Positions 1 through 10,254 are shown, counted from the stretch's first letter. The stretch: 64,000 bases of DNA from Candidatus Zixiibacteriota bacterium (GCA_030692925.1 JAUYBY010000093.1:11258-75257); one strand, 5' to 3'. Notes: generated from the sequence alone by a model not told the origin. Numbers and translations: made by a program.

Positions 1-1011
1 GGTAGAAAGCTGGCTTTCCCTGGCGATCAGGTCTATGTGAGCTGGTTCAGCAGAAAGTAAGTGGTAAACTTTTTGTTCCTGCTCAGAAAGTGAAAAACTT
101 ATGTCCTTCTTAGGTTCTTCTGTTTCATTGGAAAAAACATTCTTCAGCTCCTCTAAGACATCCTCAGCCCGGGTTACCAGTGTAGCTCCATTTTTGATCA
201 ACCAGTTGGTTCCCTGGCTCCCCTTGGAGCTTATGTTGCCTGGAATAGCGAAGACCTCCCTCCCTTGCTCTAAGGCAAGCTGAGCTGTGAGAAGTGCTCC
301 GCTTTTTATTCCAGCTTCGATGATTATCACCCCAAGGGAAAGACCGCTTATACACCTGTTCCTTTTAGGGAAATTGTTCCCTTCCGGCTCTGTGCCTAAC
401 AAGAATTCGGAGATCAAAGCGCCGTTTTTCTCGATCCTCTCAGCCAATTTCTTGTTCTCTGGCGGATAGATAACATCCAGCCCAGACCCGAAAACCGCAA
501 CCGTCCTTCCTTTTGACTCTAAGGCAAAGTGATGCGAGATCGAATCAACCCCCCGGGCAAACCCGCTGACTATGGTGATCCCTTTTTCTGCTAATTCACG
601 GGTGATTTTTTCAGCGATGAGCTTGCCGTAAGACGATGGCAGTCTTGTTCCGACGATGGCTAAAGCTTTAGAATCTTCATTTTTAATCTCCCCCTTTACG
701 AAAAGGAAAGGAGGAGGGTCATAGATATTTTTCAGGCCAGGAGGATATTCAGCACACTTAAAAGTGATGAATCTGATCCCATCTTTTCCCACTCTCAAGC
801 TTTGTTTTTCTGCCTCTTCCCAGGAGTTGAAGTTTTTTATGTTCTGAGCGGTCATTTCACCTATATCAGGTATCTGCTCAAGCTCCCTTAATCTGGCTGC
901 GAACACCTCCTTAGGTGAGCCAAAATGATTTAAAAGCGAGATAAACCTTTTTGGTCCAACTCCCGGGACTAAAGACAACCCGATCCAATCTCTTATTTCA
1001 GAAACCTCCAA
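1..1011 (-). CDS. dprA: DNA-processing protein DprA/Smf (C-terminal end runs off the window; probable TTG start at 1011)
   Basis: My own minus-strand translation: LEVSEIRDWIGLSLVPGVGPKRF...ALAIVGTRLPSSYGK...GFARGVDSISH...GSGLDVIYPPENKKLAE...FPKRNRCISGLSLGVIIIEAGIKSGALLTAQLALEQGREVFAIPG. This is the typical DprA Rossmann-like core. It is absent from the ORF track because no stop lies inside the window. Confidence 0.85.
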   Translation of the reverse strand, partial: MEVSEIRDWIGLSLVPGVGPKRFISLLNHFGSPKEVFAARLRELEQIPDIGEMTAQNIKNFNSWEEAEKQSLRVGKDGIRFITFKCAEYPPGLKNIYDPPPFLFVKGEIKNEDSKALAIVGTRLPSSYGKLIAEKITRELAEKGITIVSGFARGVDSISHHFALESKGRTVAVFGSGLDVIYPPENKKLAERIEKNGALISEFLLGTEPEGNNFPKRNRCISGLSLGVIIIEAGIKSGALLTAQLALEQGREVFAIPGNISSKGSQGTNWLIKNGATLVTRAEDVLEELKNVFSNETEEPKKDISFSLSEQEQKVYHLLSAEPAHIDLIARESQLST

Positions 1012-1075
1012 GTCTTAACTCCTCTCCTCTTCACGGCTTTTAGCTACCAGCTCCCTGCTGCAAGCTACGAGCTTT

Positions 1076-2104
1076 TTAGAATGCTCCAATCTTTACCTCT
1101 CCCTTTTCCTGCAGCTTACCTTTTTCCAGTTCCCGGCTGATGATATTTAAAAGCTCTTTAATCCCGACCCCTGTCAGGGCTGAGATCTTTACGCTTGGTA
1201 TATTCAGGTTAGCTTTAAGTTTTTTCTTCTCCTTATCAGTCAAATTATCAGTCAAAAGATCAATCTTGTTCAAAGCCAGAATCGCAGGTTTCTCCAGAAG
1301 CGAAAGATCATACAGCTTGAGTTCCTGTCTGAGCTTATTATACTCCAGAGGTATGTCAGGCATAGTCACATCTAAAAGAAAAAGCAAAAGCTTGGTTCTC
1401 TGGATATGTCTGAGGAAATCAAGCCCTAATCCTTTCCCCTTATGAGCACCCTCGATCAGCCCCGGAATATCTGCTAAGACGAAACTCTTATTACTTTTTA
1501 ATTTGACCACTCCTAAATTCGGTTTCAGCGTAGTGAAAGGATATGGTGCTACTTTAGGTCTGGCATCTGAAACCCTGGCCAAAAGGGTCGATTTGCCTGC
1601 ATTGGGTGGTCCAACTATACCGACATCTGCTAAGAGTTTTAGCTCCAGGACGATTTTTCTCATCTCCCCTTTTTCACCCGGCTGTGCAAATCTCGGCGCT
1701 TGGTTAGTGGAGGACTTGAAATGTGCATTCCCCTTTCCTCCCCTGCCTCCCTTAGCAACCACAAATAGGTCCCCGGGAGAGACCAGATCACCTAACAACT
1801 CTCCTGATTTTTTATCCTTCACGACTGTGCCGGGAGGAACTTTCACGACCAGATCTTTACCGCCTTCTCCTGTCCTATCTTTACCCTCTCCATGCTTGCC
1901 GTTTCCTGCCTTATAAATCCTCTTATAATGAAAATCCAGGAGGGTCGAAAGGTCTGGATCTACTTTTAGAATCAGATCTCCACCCTTTCCTCCATCACCT
2001 CCATTGGGACCTCCTTTGGGCAGGTATTTCTCCCTTCTGAAACTTATACACCCATTCCCTCCTTTACCTCCCCACATTTCTATCTCCGCATAATCTACGA
2101 ACAT
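1076..2104 (-). CDS. obg: GTPase Obg/CgtA
   Basis: N-terminal Gly-rich Obg fold (MFVDYAEIEMWGGKGGNGCISFRREKYLPKGGPNGGDGGKGGD) followed by G-domain motifs GPPNAGKST, DIPGLIEGA and NKID. Confidence 0.95.
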   Translation of the reverse strand: MFVDYAEIEMWGGKGGNGCISFRREKYLPKGGPNGGDGGKGGDLILKVDPDLSTLLDFHYKRIYKAGNGKHGEGKDRTGEGGKDLVVKVPPGTVVKDKKSGELLGDLVSPGDLFVVAKGGRGGKGNAHFKSSTNQAPRFAQPGEKGEMRKIVLELKLLADVGIVGPPNAGKSTLLARVSDARPKVAPYPFTTLKPNLGVVKLKSNKSFVLADIPGLIEGAHKGKGLGLDFLRHIQRTKLLLFLLDVTMPDIPLEYNKLRQELKLYDLSLLEKPAILALNKIDLLTDNLTDKEKKKLKANLNIPSVKISALTGVGIKELLNIISRELEKGKLQEKGEVKIGAF

Positions 2105-2112
2105 AAATTATC

Positions 2113-2880
2113 TTACTTTCTTGCTTCGATCATCTGAATTAAAATGTCCCTCAACCTGCCTTTTTCAACATCCTTTCTCAAATTGCCATTGAAAGCTATG
2201 GATATCTCCCCGGTCTCCTCAGATACGATCACAGCTAAAGCATCAGAATCCTCAGTCACCCCGATTCCAGCTTTATGTCTCATCCCGTACAGGTCAGCAT
2301 ATTCTCTTTTCTGGGTCAAAGGCAGAGTGCAGGCTGCTGCTACTACCATATCACCTCTAACGATCACGGCTCCATCGTGCAAAGGAGTGTAAGGCGTAAA
2401 CAAGGTTAAGATTAATTCGGAGGAGAGCTGGGCATTTAAAGATTTCCCGGTCTCTATGAAATTCTTCAGCCCTATCTCCCTTTCCAGGACTATCAAAGCT
2501 CCGTATCTGAGCTCTGAGAGCTTTATAAGTCCCTTGACCAGCTCATCTAAGACCTTCTGCTTTTCATATCGAATGAAAAGACGAAAGGGTCGGCTTTGCC
2601 CGAATTCAGCTAAAGCTTTTCTTACTTCCGGCTGGAATACGATTACCAGAACAATAACCCCGACAGTAGCTATATTGGTTATCAACCATTTCAACCCTTC
2701 TAATTGAAACCAGAACGCCACAAACGCGATCACGATCAGAGCAAAGATTCCAAACAAAATCTGGATAGACCTGGTCCCTTTGACCAGGATCAGAAAACGG
2801 TAGAAAAGGAATGCCACAATCGCCACATCGATTAAGTCGACTATGCCGAATTTCAAGAATCCTACGTGAAAGAGTGTCAT
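2113..2880 (-). CDS. cdaA: Membrane-anchored diadenylate cyclase (c-di-AMP synthase, CdaA/DacA type)
   Basis: Three N-terminal TM helices followed by a DisA_N-type domain with LHDGAVIV and GMRHKAGIG(V)TE motifs. Confidence 0.85.
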   Translation of the reverse strand: MTLFHVGFLKFGIVDLIDVAIVAFLFYRFLILVKGTRSIQILFGIFALIVIAFVAFWFQLEGLKWLITNIATVGVIVLVIVFQPEVRKALAEFGQSRPFRLFIRYEKQKVLDELVKGLIKLSELRYGALIVLEREIGLKNFIETGKSLNAQLSSELILTLFTPYTPLHDGAVIVRGDMVVAAACTLPLTQKREYADLYGMRHKAGIGVTEDSDALAVIVSEETGEISIAFNGNLRKDVEKGRLRDILIQMIEARK

Positions 2881-2886
2881 CTTTTG

Positions 2887-3771
2887 CTAACCTGACGTTA
2901 AGATTGCATCCACTAATTTTGCCACCCTTTTGCTTTCTTTGACATCGTGAACTCTTAAGATATTTGCGCCATTCATTATGGCAGCTGCCATCGAGGCTAA
3001 ACTACCCTCTAACCTCTCTTCAGTCGGCAGATTTAATATTTTTCCGATAAACGACTTACGCGAAACTCCAACCATAAGTGGTCTGCCTAACTCTGTGAAC
3101 TCATTAAGATTTTTCAATATCTTTAAGTTATCTTCCGGGGTTTTACCAAACCCTATTCCGGGATCGATAATTATTTTGTCTTCATCGATACCGGCTTCTT
3201 TGGCAATTTTTATAGATTCTATTAGATATGTTTTAATCTCTTCAATCAGGTTATCATAATGAGGATTTTCCTGCATATTCTTCGGTGTTCCCTTAATATG
3301 CATTAAGACTACCGGAACATCGTATTTAGCTATGACTTTCTTCATCTCAGGATCATACCTCAACCCGCTTATATCATTAACCATCGAGGCACCGGAATCT
3401 AACGCCTCCTTTGCTACTCTGGATTTATAGGTGTCTATCGAGATCGGGACCTGAATCATTTTAGTTAATTCCTCAATCACCGGTATAACTCTGCGCAGTT
3501 CTTCTTCGATAGTTACAGGCTCAGAACCAGGCCTGGTAGATTCACCTCCGACATCGATCATATCCGCACCTTCTTCTGCCAATTTAAGCCCCTGTTTTAT
3601 CGCTTCCTCTAATTTGAAAAATCTTCCTCCATCTGAAAAAGAATCTGGGGTGACGTTCAGTACACCCATAAGATGTGTGCGAGAGGAAAAATCAAGTACT
3701 CTCTGTCCAATTTCCAGTAAGTATCCTTTCTTCTGATTGAGCTCTTTTAGTCCTTGTCCTTTAAGGTTCAT
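2887..3771 (-). CDS. folP: Dihydropteroate synthase
   Basis: MGVLNVTPDSFSDGG, DVGGESTRPG and the pterin-binding TIM-barrel pattern. It sits in the classic tilS-hpt-ftsH-folP gene order. Confidence 0.9.
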   Translation of the reverse strand: MNLKGQGLKELNQKKGYLLEIGQRVLDFSSRTHLMGVLNVTPDSFSDGGRFFKLEEAIKQGLKLAEEGADMIDVGGESTRPGSEPVTIEEELRRVIPVIEELTKMIQVPISIDTYKSRVAKEALDSGASMVNDISGLRYDPEMKKVIAKYDVPVVLMHIKGTPKNMQENPHYDNLIEEIKTYLIESIKIAKEAGIDEDKIIIDPGIGFGKTPEDNLKILKNLNEFTELGRPLMVGVSRKSFIGKILNLPTEERLEGSLASMAAAIMNGANILRVHDVKESKRVAKLVDAILTSG

Positions 3772-3881
3772 ATTTCCCCTGATAAAACGAGTGTATAAGG
3801 ACGGCTACATTCCCCTTTGAAGATTTCTGTCACCCTTTTTAAGAAGGATCTTCTCTACCTTTTTCAGGTTCATCCTTACTT

Positions 3882-5882
3882 TTATTTTGATTCCTTTTTA
3901 TCTTCTACTTTGCTTTTCCGGTCACTGTTTTTATTCTCAAGTTTTTCCCCCCTTAGTATCCGGTCTATCTCCACTCCATCCAGGATCTCCTTCTCTAAAA
4001 GAGCCTCAGCTAAAAGATGAAGCTTATCTAAGTTGCCACTTAAAAGATGGAAAGCTTTCTTTTCCGCTTCCTCTACAATCCTTTTTACCTCCTCATCTAT
4101 TTCCTGAGCAGTCAGCTCACTGTAATCCCTGTGTTTGGCTATTTCCCGTCCTAAGAAGATCTCCTCCTCCTTTTTGCCAAAGGTCAGAGGACCTAACTTC
4201 TCGCTCATCCCCCATTCGCACACCATCTTTCTGGCAAGCTCAGTCGCTCTTTCGATATCATTCCCCGCTCCAGTGGTCAGCTCATTGAAAACCAACTTCT
4301 CTGCTACCCTACCACCTAAAAAATGCACTAATTTAGTCTCCAGATACCCCCTTGAATGGGTATGCTTTTCATCAATGGGAAGATAATGAGTTAAACCTAA
4401 GGATAAACCTCTGGGGATTATGGTCATCTTATGAACCGGATCAGAGCCCGGGGTGAGCTTGGCTACTAAGGCATGCCCGGATTCATGATAAGCGGTGAGC
4501 TTCTTTTCCTCTTCACTTATTACCAAGCTCCTCCTCTCAGTTCCCATCATCACCTTATCCTTCGCCTCCTCAAAATCTTCCATAGTCACCTTATCGCGAT
4601 TTTTCCTGGCAGCTAAAAGCGCGGCTTCATTCACCAGGTTAGCTAAATCTGCTCCTGAAAGTCCCGGAGTTCCCCGGGCTAAAATCGATAGATCCACATC
4701 CTCAGCCATCTTTATCTTACGAGTATGAACTTTCAAGATTCCTTCCCTGCCTTTCACATCCGGGATATCCACCACCACCTGACGATCAAACCTGCCCGGT
4801 CTTAACAAAGCCGGATCTAAAACATCCGGGCGGTTAGTTGCCGCCAAGAGGATCACCCCTTCGTTTGACTCAAAACCATCCATCTCCACTAAAAGTTGAT
4901 TCAAAGTCTGTTCTCTTTCATCGTGCCCCCCACCTAAACCTGCTCCACGATGACGACCCACTGCATCAATCTCATCGATAAAGATTATACAGGGGGCACT
5001 CTTTTTTCCCTGATCAAACAGATCTCTCACCCTGGAGGCTCCTACCCCCACAAACATCTCCACAAAACCTGACCCGCTCATGCTGAAAAAAGGAACCCCG
5101 GCTTCCCCGGCAACTGCCCTGGCTAAAAGGGTTTTACCAGTTCCAGGCGCCCCTAAAAGCAAGACGCCCTTGGGTATTTTACCTCCTAATCTCTGGAATT
5201 TAGAGGGGTCCTTTAAAAACTCTATGACCTCCTGCAACTCCTGTTTAGCCTCATCTGCTCCTGCCACGTCGTTGAAGGTGACCTTGGGAGTGTTCCCGGT
5301 CAAAAGCCTGGCCCGGCTTTTGCCAAAAGAGAATATCCCTTTGGTGCCCCCTTGCATCTGCCTGAAAAGAATAAACCAGAGGAAACCTAAGAGTAGAAGA
5401 TAAGGTAGCACCCCTAAGACAAGCCCTGACCAGTTGAATTTAGGCGGTTCAGCTTTTATCTGCACACCTTTTGCTACTAATTTCTGTAGAATTGAAGGGT
5501 CCTCAAAAGGGAGATGCAGTTTGTAATTCTGGTAAGATCTGGTAACATTACCTTCTGTCTTTTTGATTGGCTTAAGGAATTCTCCAGCCACGTCCTTCTC
5601 CACCAGGAGCGCGGTTTTGACATTATTGGAATCAAGCTGCTCCAAAAACTCAGTATAGTTTATCTCCACCTCTTTTTTTAAGCCGCGGTTATAATACTGA
5701 TACAAATAGAGTGAGAGGATGATCAGAACTGCCCAGATTAACAGTGTTCTTCCGGCTTTTCTCCAGGGGAATTCACCACCTGGTCTTTCACCTTCAGGGA
5801 CTCTTTTCAATCTATTCTTTTTCTCCGGTTTAGACCTGCGGCCTCGATTTAAATCATCTTTCTTTTCACTCATATATTTCAC
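3882..5882 (-). CDS. ftsH: ATP-dependent zinc metalloprotease FtsH
   Basis: Two TM helices, AAA Walker A GAPGTGKT, Walker [12 protein letters not shown] region, and HESGHA zinc motif. Confidence 0.97.
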   Translation of the reverse strand: MKYMSEKKDDLNRGRRSKPEKKNRLKRVPEGERPGGEFPWRKAGRTLLIWAVLIILSLYLYQYYNRGLKKEVEINYTEFLEQLDSNNVKTALLVEKDVAGEFLKPIKKTEGNVTRSYQNYKLHLPFEDPSILQKLVAKGVQIKAEPPKFNWSGLVLGVLPYLLLLGFLWFILFRQMQGGTKGIFSFGKSRARLLTGNTPKVTFNDVAGADEAKQELQEVIEFLKDPSKFQRLGGKIPKGVLLLGAPGTGKTLLARAVAGEAGVPFFSMSGSGFVEMFVGVGASRVRDLFDQGKKSAPCIIFIDEIDAVGRHRGAGLGGGHDEREQTLNQLLVEMDGFESNEGVILLAATNRPDVLDPALLRPGRFDRQVVVDIPDVKGREGILKVHTRKIKMAEDVDLSILARGTPGLSGADLANLVNEAALLAARKNRDKVTMEDFEEAKDKVMMGTERRSLVISEEEKKLTAYHESGHALVAKLTPGSDPVHKMTIIPRGLSLGLTHYLPIDEKHTHSRGYLETKLVHFLGGRVAEKLVFNELTTGAGNDIERATELARKMVCEWGMSEKLGPLTFGKKEEEIFLGREIAKHRDYSELTAQEIDEEVKRIVEEAEKKAFHLLSGNLDKLHLLAEALLEKEILDGVEIDRILRGEKLENKNSDRKSKVEDKKESK

Positions 5883-5902
5883 CTTATCATCTGTTATTTA
5901 TC

Positions 5903-6457
5903 TCAAAGCTCAAATTTTCTCTGAGCCAATCTTGCTCCTTCAACTCTGGCTATGTATGGTAGATTGCGGTATCTTTCTGCAAGGTCTAATCCGTAACCTA
6001 CCACGAACTCGTTGGGTATTGCAAAACCTACATATCTAATGGGAACTTCGACTTTTCTCCTCTCCTTCCGGTCTAAAAGAGTGACTATCTCTATGCTTTT
6101 CGGACTACGCAGAAGTAAGTTTTTTCTTATGAAGTTCAGGGTTAAACCTGTATCTACGATATCCTCTATGATTATTACGTCTTTTCCCTCGATATTAACG
6201 CTTAGGTCCTTGATCAGTCTGACTGCCCCGCTACCGACTATCTCCTGACCATAGCTGGCAACTGCTATGAAGTCGATCTGATGCGGGATTTTCATCTGCC
6301 TTACCAGATCAGCTAAGAAAATGAAGCTTCCCTTAAGTATCCCGATTAATATCGGCTCTTTACCCGCATAGTCCCTGGAGATTTTACTCCCTAACTCTCT
6401 TATCCGTTTGTCAAGCTCCTTTTTTGGGATGATTATCTTAATCCCTTTTCTTTTCAT
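5903..6457 (-). CDS. hpt: Hypoxanthine phosphoribosyltransferase
   Basis: PRPP-binding motif VIIIEDIVDTGLT and length of about 180 aa. Located between tilS and ftsH. Confidence 0.92.
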   Translation of the reverse strand: MKRKGIKIIIPKKELDKRIRELGSKISRDYAGKEPILIGILKGSFIFLADLVRQMKIPHQIDFIAVASYGQEIVGSGAVRLIKDLSVNIEGKDVIIIEDIVDTGLTLNFIRKNLLLRSPKSIEIVTLLDRKERRKVEVPIRYVGFAIPNEFVVGYGLDLAERYRNLPYIARVEGARLAQRKFEL

Positions 6458-6464
6458 CTCCTGA

Positions 6465-7865
6465 CTATTCTTTTGGGGACATAGTTAGTTCAGCTTTTAT
6501 CCTCAATATCTCTTTGGTGTTCTTCTGGACCTTGAACTGGTCTGCAATTCTATATCCCAAGACCCAGACTATCCAATCATTGGAGGTTAAAACCAGAACT
6601 CTTTCCTTTTCATAACGAGGGACTTTAAGGTCTGTCAGGAAATCTTTCAGACTTTTGGTCCCCTTCATTCCCAGAGGACTGAACCGATCACCTGTCCTTG
6701 GATTTCTCAAGATGAACGGTGGTTTTAACTTATCCCAGCTTAGAAATGCAGTCATCTCGTCTTTTAAATAAGGCTTTTCTTTCAGATTTTTCCTTTTGAT
6801 TACCTCTGAATCTAACCTTATACCAAATCTTTCGGACTCTGCTGCTCCCGGAAAAACCAGCGACTGATCTTTTTCCTCCTTTTTTACCTTATAGAAATTT
6901 AAATGTCCGGCAGAGACTTCAGCCAAAACATCTTTCTTCAGGAAGATCCTTCTTCCTGCCTTTCTTTGCTGAGCTAAGTTCAGAACCAGCTCTACCTGAG
7001 CGAAACTTCCCTTAAATTCACCTTCTCCTAACCGTTCGAAAACCAGCCTGAGTATCTCTCTTTGCAAAAAAATATCATAATTAAATAACTTAGCTAAATC
7101 AAGCGAAATCTTCTCCTTTTGTGCTTTAGCAATTTTATCAAATGCCTTCAAGGTTTCTTTTTTAAGATAATCCTCCTGTGCGGATAAAATAGAGGCTGTT
7201 CGATTTAGCGTATCAACGATATTTGGGTTGTAATTCTTTTTCAAATAAGGCATAAGCTCCAATCTGACCTTGTTCCTGAGATAGACTTTTCTTAAATTTG
7301 AAGAATCAATCCGAAAACCAAGCTCATTTTCTTTTAAAAACTGCTCGATCTTTTCCCTTTTTATCTCTAAAAGAGGCCTGATTAGTTTGTCTTTTACAGG
7401 CGGCATACCAGATAAACCCAGACCACCCGCTCCTCGAATAAGCCGCATCAAAACCGTCTCAGCCTGGTCGTCTGCATTATGCCCAAGGGCGATTTTAGTC
7501 GCTTTTATCCGATTAGCCAATTTATTTAGATAATCATACCTCACCTCTCGGGCCGCCTCCTCAATCGAGAGCTTCTCTTTCTTGGCTATCTTTTTCACAT
7601 CAAAAGACTTAGAATAAAAATCCAAACCTAAATCTTTTGCCAGTCTTTTGACAAACCTCTCATCTTCATCTGACTCTTGTCCCCTGAGCTTATGATTTAT
7701 GTGAGCAACAAACAGCTTCAAATCGTATTTTTCCTTTATCTGATTTAGAAGATGAAGCAGTGCCACAGAATCCGGACCTCCGGAACAGGCAACAATTACC
7801 CTATCCCCCTTTTGAAGCATATTAAAACGTCTGATTGTCTGTTCAAATTTTCGCAGTATTTCCAT
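6465..7865 (-). CDS. tilS: tRNA(Ile)-lysidine synthetase
   Basis: N-type ATP pyrophosphatase PP-loop VACSGGPDS, plus the C-terminal TilS substrate-binding domain. Confidence 0.9.
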   Translation of the reverse strand: MEILRKFEQTIRRFNMLQKGDRVIVACSGGPDSVALLHLLNQIKEKYDLKLFVAHINHKLRGQESDEDERFVKRLAKDLGLDFYSKSFDVKKIAKKEKLSIEEAAREVRYDYLNKLANRIKATKIALGHNADDQAETVLMRLIRGAGGLGLSGMPPVKDKLIRPLLEIKREKIEQFLKENELGFRIDSSNLRKVYLRNKVRLELMPYLKKNYNPNIVDTLNRTASILSAQEDYLKKETLKAFDKIAKAQKEKISLDLAKLFNYDIFLQREILRLVFERLGEGEFKGSFAQVELVLNLAQQRKAGRRIFLKKDVLAEVSAGHLNFYKVKKEEKDQSLVFPGAAESERFGIRLDSEVIKRKNLKEKPYLKDEMTAFLSWDKLKPPFILRNPRTGDRFSPLGMKGTKSLKDFLTDLKVPRYEKERVLVLTSNDWIVWVLGYRIADQFKVQKNTKEILRIKAELTMSPKE

Positions 7866-8098
7866 AAGAATTCCTTATCCTTTTTGTAGGCTCCGTTTTC
7901 GTGGACTATCCAGCAAAAAGATATAGTTTTTAGAGGAATTGTCAAACCAAAAGGGGGAATTTGTTCTGTCAGGTCCCCAGATCTGACAGTGACTGCTGAA
8001 ACTTCAGTTGTCAGGAGTAGCTCCTGACATAATCAACAAAAGTTTTTTGGTAAGTAAGGGCGAGTCTGAAAGGCGTGCACTACGAAGTATCCCTTCCC

Positions 8099-8128
8099 TG
8101 TCTACTGTCTACTATCTACTGTTTACTT
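8099..8128. repeat. Heptanucleotide tandem repeat (plus strand TCTACTG TCTACTA TCTACTG TTTACTT; gene-sense CAGTAGA type)
   Basis: Read directly from the sequence. It overlaps the last codons and the stop of CDS 8112..8753. Confidence 0.8.
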
Positions 8129-8753
8129 CTTTCCCCTTCCACATCTCCTTAGTCATCCTCATCTCCTCAAACTGAACCAGGATATCATCCCCCTCTTTTT
8201 TAAAATATTTCCTTATATCTTTGAATCGCTCATCTCCAAAAATATCTATTTTGTTTCGAGGGTCGTGTTTCTGGAATTTAGTGCTGACGAATTCAAACCC
8301 GCACTTGAGATAACATTTAATAGCCCTCTGGTTCAAAGCGACAACGTCTAAATACAGCTGCTTAAATTTCATCTTCTCAAAAAAATATGGCAAAAGTGTC
8401 CTGATAGCCTCGGTTCCATAACCTTTGTCCGTAGATTCATATCCTAAATAGATACCCAGCTTCGCCTTTTTATTTCCCCAGTCAAGGTCATAGATATTTA
8501 AAAATCCTAAAAGCTCCTCTTTGAGATCATCTATGGCTAAATAGAGCATCCGTGGGTCTTTTTTTCTTTTCAAATACCATTCCTTTTTCTGAGTCTCAGT
8601 AATTTCCCCTAAATTGTAATGAGCATACAACGGATCAGGGTACGGTTTCCATTTTAGCCTTTTGTCAATATCGTCCTTTCTAAACGGACGGATGATTATC
8701 CTTTCCCCTTTGAGCCTGAAGCGCGTTATCTTGAGTAGTAAATCAGAGGTCAT
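8112..8753 (-). CDS. GNAT family N-acetyltransferase (RimJ/RimL-like)
   Basis: Acetyl-CoA-binding core ...YESTDKGYGTEAIRTLL... and the typical GNAT beta-alpha pattern. Confidence 0.75.
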   Translation of the reverse strand: MTSDLLLKITRFRLKGERIIIRPFRKDDIDKRLKWKPYPDPLYAHYNLGEITETQKKEWYLKRKKDPRMLYLAIDDLKEELLGFLNIYDLDWGNKKAKLGIYLGYESTDKGYGTEAIRTLLPYFFEKMKFKQLYLDVVALNQRAIKCYLKCGFEFVSTKFQKHDPRNKIDIFGDERFKDIRKYFKKEGDDILVQFEEMRMTKEMWKGKEVNSR

Positions 8754-8768
8754 CTATTTTTGAAAAAT

Positions 8769-8818
8769 GGAGTATAAAACTTTAGTTTTATTTTTGTAAA
8801 CCTGAAGGTTTACACTCC
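8769..8818. repeat. Two-hairpin palindromic element, copy 1 (GGAGT [ATAAAAC TTTA GTTTTAT] TTTT [GTAAACC TGAA GGTTTAC] ACTCC)
   Basis: Read directly from the sequence. An outer 5 bp stem encloses two 7 bp stem / 4 nt loop hairpins. Confidence 0.85.
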
Positions 8819-8917
8819 AGTGTCTTTTTCTCGCTCGGCGAGGATGTTATCATCCCCGCCAGCTTTTTTCTTGTGGATGATAACATCCACAAGGAGCCTG
8901 AGGTTTTTTTTGTTTTT

Positions 8918-8956
8918 CCCTGTCTATCCGCCTTTGGCGGACTGTCTACTCTCTAC
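8918..8956. repeat. Heptamer-type repeat (TGTCTAT ... ACTGTCT ACTCTCT AC) interrupted by a CCGCC-TTT-GGCGG hairpin
   Basis: Read directly from the sequence. It ends 1 nt from the stop codon of CDS 8957..9487. Confidence 0.7.
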
Positions 8957-9487
8957 TTATACCAGCCATTTAGACATAATCAAAAAATCTAATTTATGCC
9001 AATGCTTGCGCAAAAAGGCTTCCTGCACGAAACCCGATGACAAATACAGATTGACAGCAGTATTAAGATTCGGTGTGGTATAGGCGAAAAGTTTATGGCA
9101 TCCTTTTTCTTTAGAGTAGTTTTCAACTTTTTGAATGAGCTGTTTGCCAATTCCCTTTCCCTGTTCTTCTAAAGCCGTGCAGATCCAGGAAAGGTCAGAA
9201 ATCCCACCCTGGTCGAATCTCCCGATTGCCAAACCAACGATCTTGCCATTATCTTCAGCCACAAAACCATATCTGTTCTCATCTCCGATGAACCTCAAGA
9301 AAGTGTCATAGGAATAAAGCTGAAGCTCCTCATCCAGAAGCTTTCTGGGATAGACCTCCTTCTCATACTTCTCCCAGGTTTTCTCTCTAACAGTTCTGGA
9401 AAGCTCAATCGACTGCTCGATATCTTCTTTTTTCATTTCCCGAAGCAGCATTTGACCTCCAGACATAAACCGCAAGTTCTCTTTCAT
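8957..9487 (-). CDS. GNAT family N-acetyltransferase
   Basis: Motif A region ALEEQGKGIGKQLIQKVENYSKEKGC. Confidence 0.8.
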   Translation of the reverse strand: MKENLRFMSGGQMLLREMKKEDIEQSIELSRTVREKTWEKYEKEVYPRKLLDEELQLYSYDTFLRFIGDENRYGFVAEDNGKIVGLAIGRFDQGGISDLSWICTALEEQGKGIGKQLIQKVENYSKEKGCHKLFAYTTPNLNTAVNLYLSSGFVQEAFLRKHWHKLDFLIMSKWLV

Positions 9488-9489
9488 TT

Positions 9490-9564
9490 TCCCCTCCCTT
9501 GATGGGAGGGGTAGGGGAGGGTGTTCCCCTCTCCCTAACCCTCTCCCACAAGGGGAGAGGGAAC
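9490..9564. repeat. Cluster of CCCTCCC/GGGAGGG and CCCTCTCC/GGAGAGGG hairpins (REP-like)
   Basis: CCCCTCCC TTGA TGGGAGGGG and CCCTCTCC CACAA GGGGAGAGGG. The 32 nt at 9533-9564 are identical to 53479-53510. Confidence 0.85.
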
Positions 9565-9615
9565 TCTACTTTCTTCCAATTTTTCAGAATATTGTGGTGG
9601 TAATAATCTATCCCA

Positions 9616-10173
9616 TCAAACCAAACCTAATTGCTTCTCTAACTCTTCCACCAGATGCAGATATTCGTGATGTTTGCCTTCTCCAATCACTTCTTTTTCA
9701 ATCTTCTCGAATCTTTCCTCCAAGACCCTCTGCTCTTTTTCCGGGATATTTCTATCAGCCATTGCATAAAGGATATTATCTTCCTTAAAAATATGTGGGG
9801 CTAAAAGACCAGCATAACCCAGTGCATTTTCAACCAACTTTTTGATAGAAGATTTATCCCCTTTTTCATATTTTTCTAAAGCCTCTGCCATCCCTTTGAC
9901 ATAGTTTCTGCCCAGGGTATGTTCATACAACATAACCCCCAGAGGACCACCCTCCCTGGGTATCCCGTATTTCTCCATCATTGGAAAAAGGGTTTCCTCT
10001 TCTTTTCCGTGATGACACCTGTCTGCAAAATTGCGTATGAAATCTACTGCTTTTTTGAAGACTTCTGCAGGAACCTCTTTACCTTCATCTAAATTCTGTG
10101 AGGCTTTTTCCAAGACTTTAATCATCCTCAAAATGACCTTGTGCTCTTCTTTTAATTCTTCTGTAGGTTTCAT
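9616..10173 (-). CDS. Hemerythrin-like (HHE cation-binding) domain protein
   Basis: Paired His/Glu motifs (CHHGKEEETLFP, HIFKEDNILY) in an all-helical protein of about 185 aa. Confidence 0.7.
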   Translation of the reverse strand: MKPTEELKEEHKVILRMIKVLEKASQNLDEGKEVPAEVFKKAVDFIRNFADRCHHGKEEETLFPMMEKYGIPREGGPLGVMLYEHTLGRNYVKGMAEALEKYEKGDKSSIKKLVENALGYAGLLAPHIFKEDNILYAMADRNIPEKEQRVLEERFEKIEKEVIGEGKHHEYLHLVEELEKQLGLV

Positions 10174-10203
10174 GATTTAATCTCCTTTTTACTCGTTGAT
10201 ATT

Positions 10204-10254
10204 GGAGTATAAAGCTTCAGCTTTATTTTTGGTAAACCTGAAGGTTTACACTTC
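10204..10254. repeat. Two-hairpin palindromic element, copy 2 (GGAGT [ATAAAGC TTCA GCTTTAT] TTTTG [GTAAACC TGAA GGTTTAC] ACTTC)
   Basis: Read directly from the sequence. A degenerate third copy follows at 10262-10306. Confidence 0.85.

Noticed and set aside
1503-1916. Long antisense ORFs inside well-supported genes. Examples: 1503..1916 in obg, 3887..4288 and 5080..5403 in ftsH, 13814..14203 in eno, 31962..32357 in the NHL gene, 28271..28591 in sprA, and 49353..49799 opposite the helical-protein gene.
   Set aside because: They lie opposite strongly recognisable CDSs and have low-complexity Ser/Pro/Leu/Cys/Trp-rich translations with no motifs. They are typical shadow ORFs.
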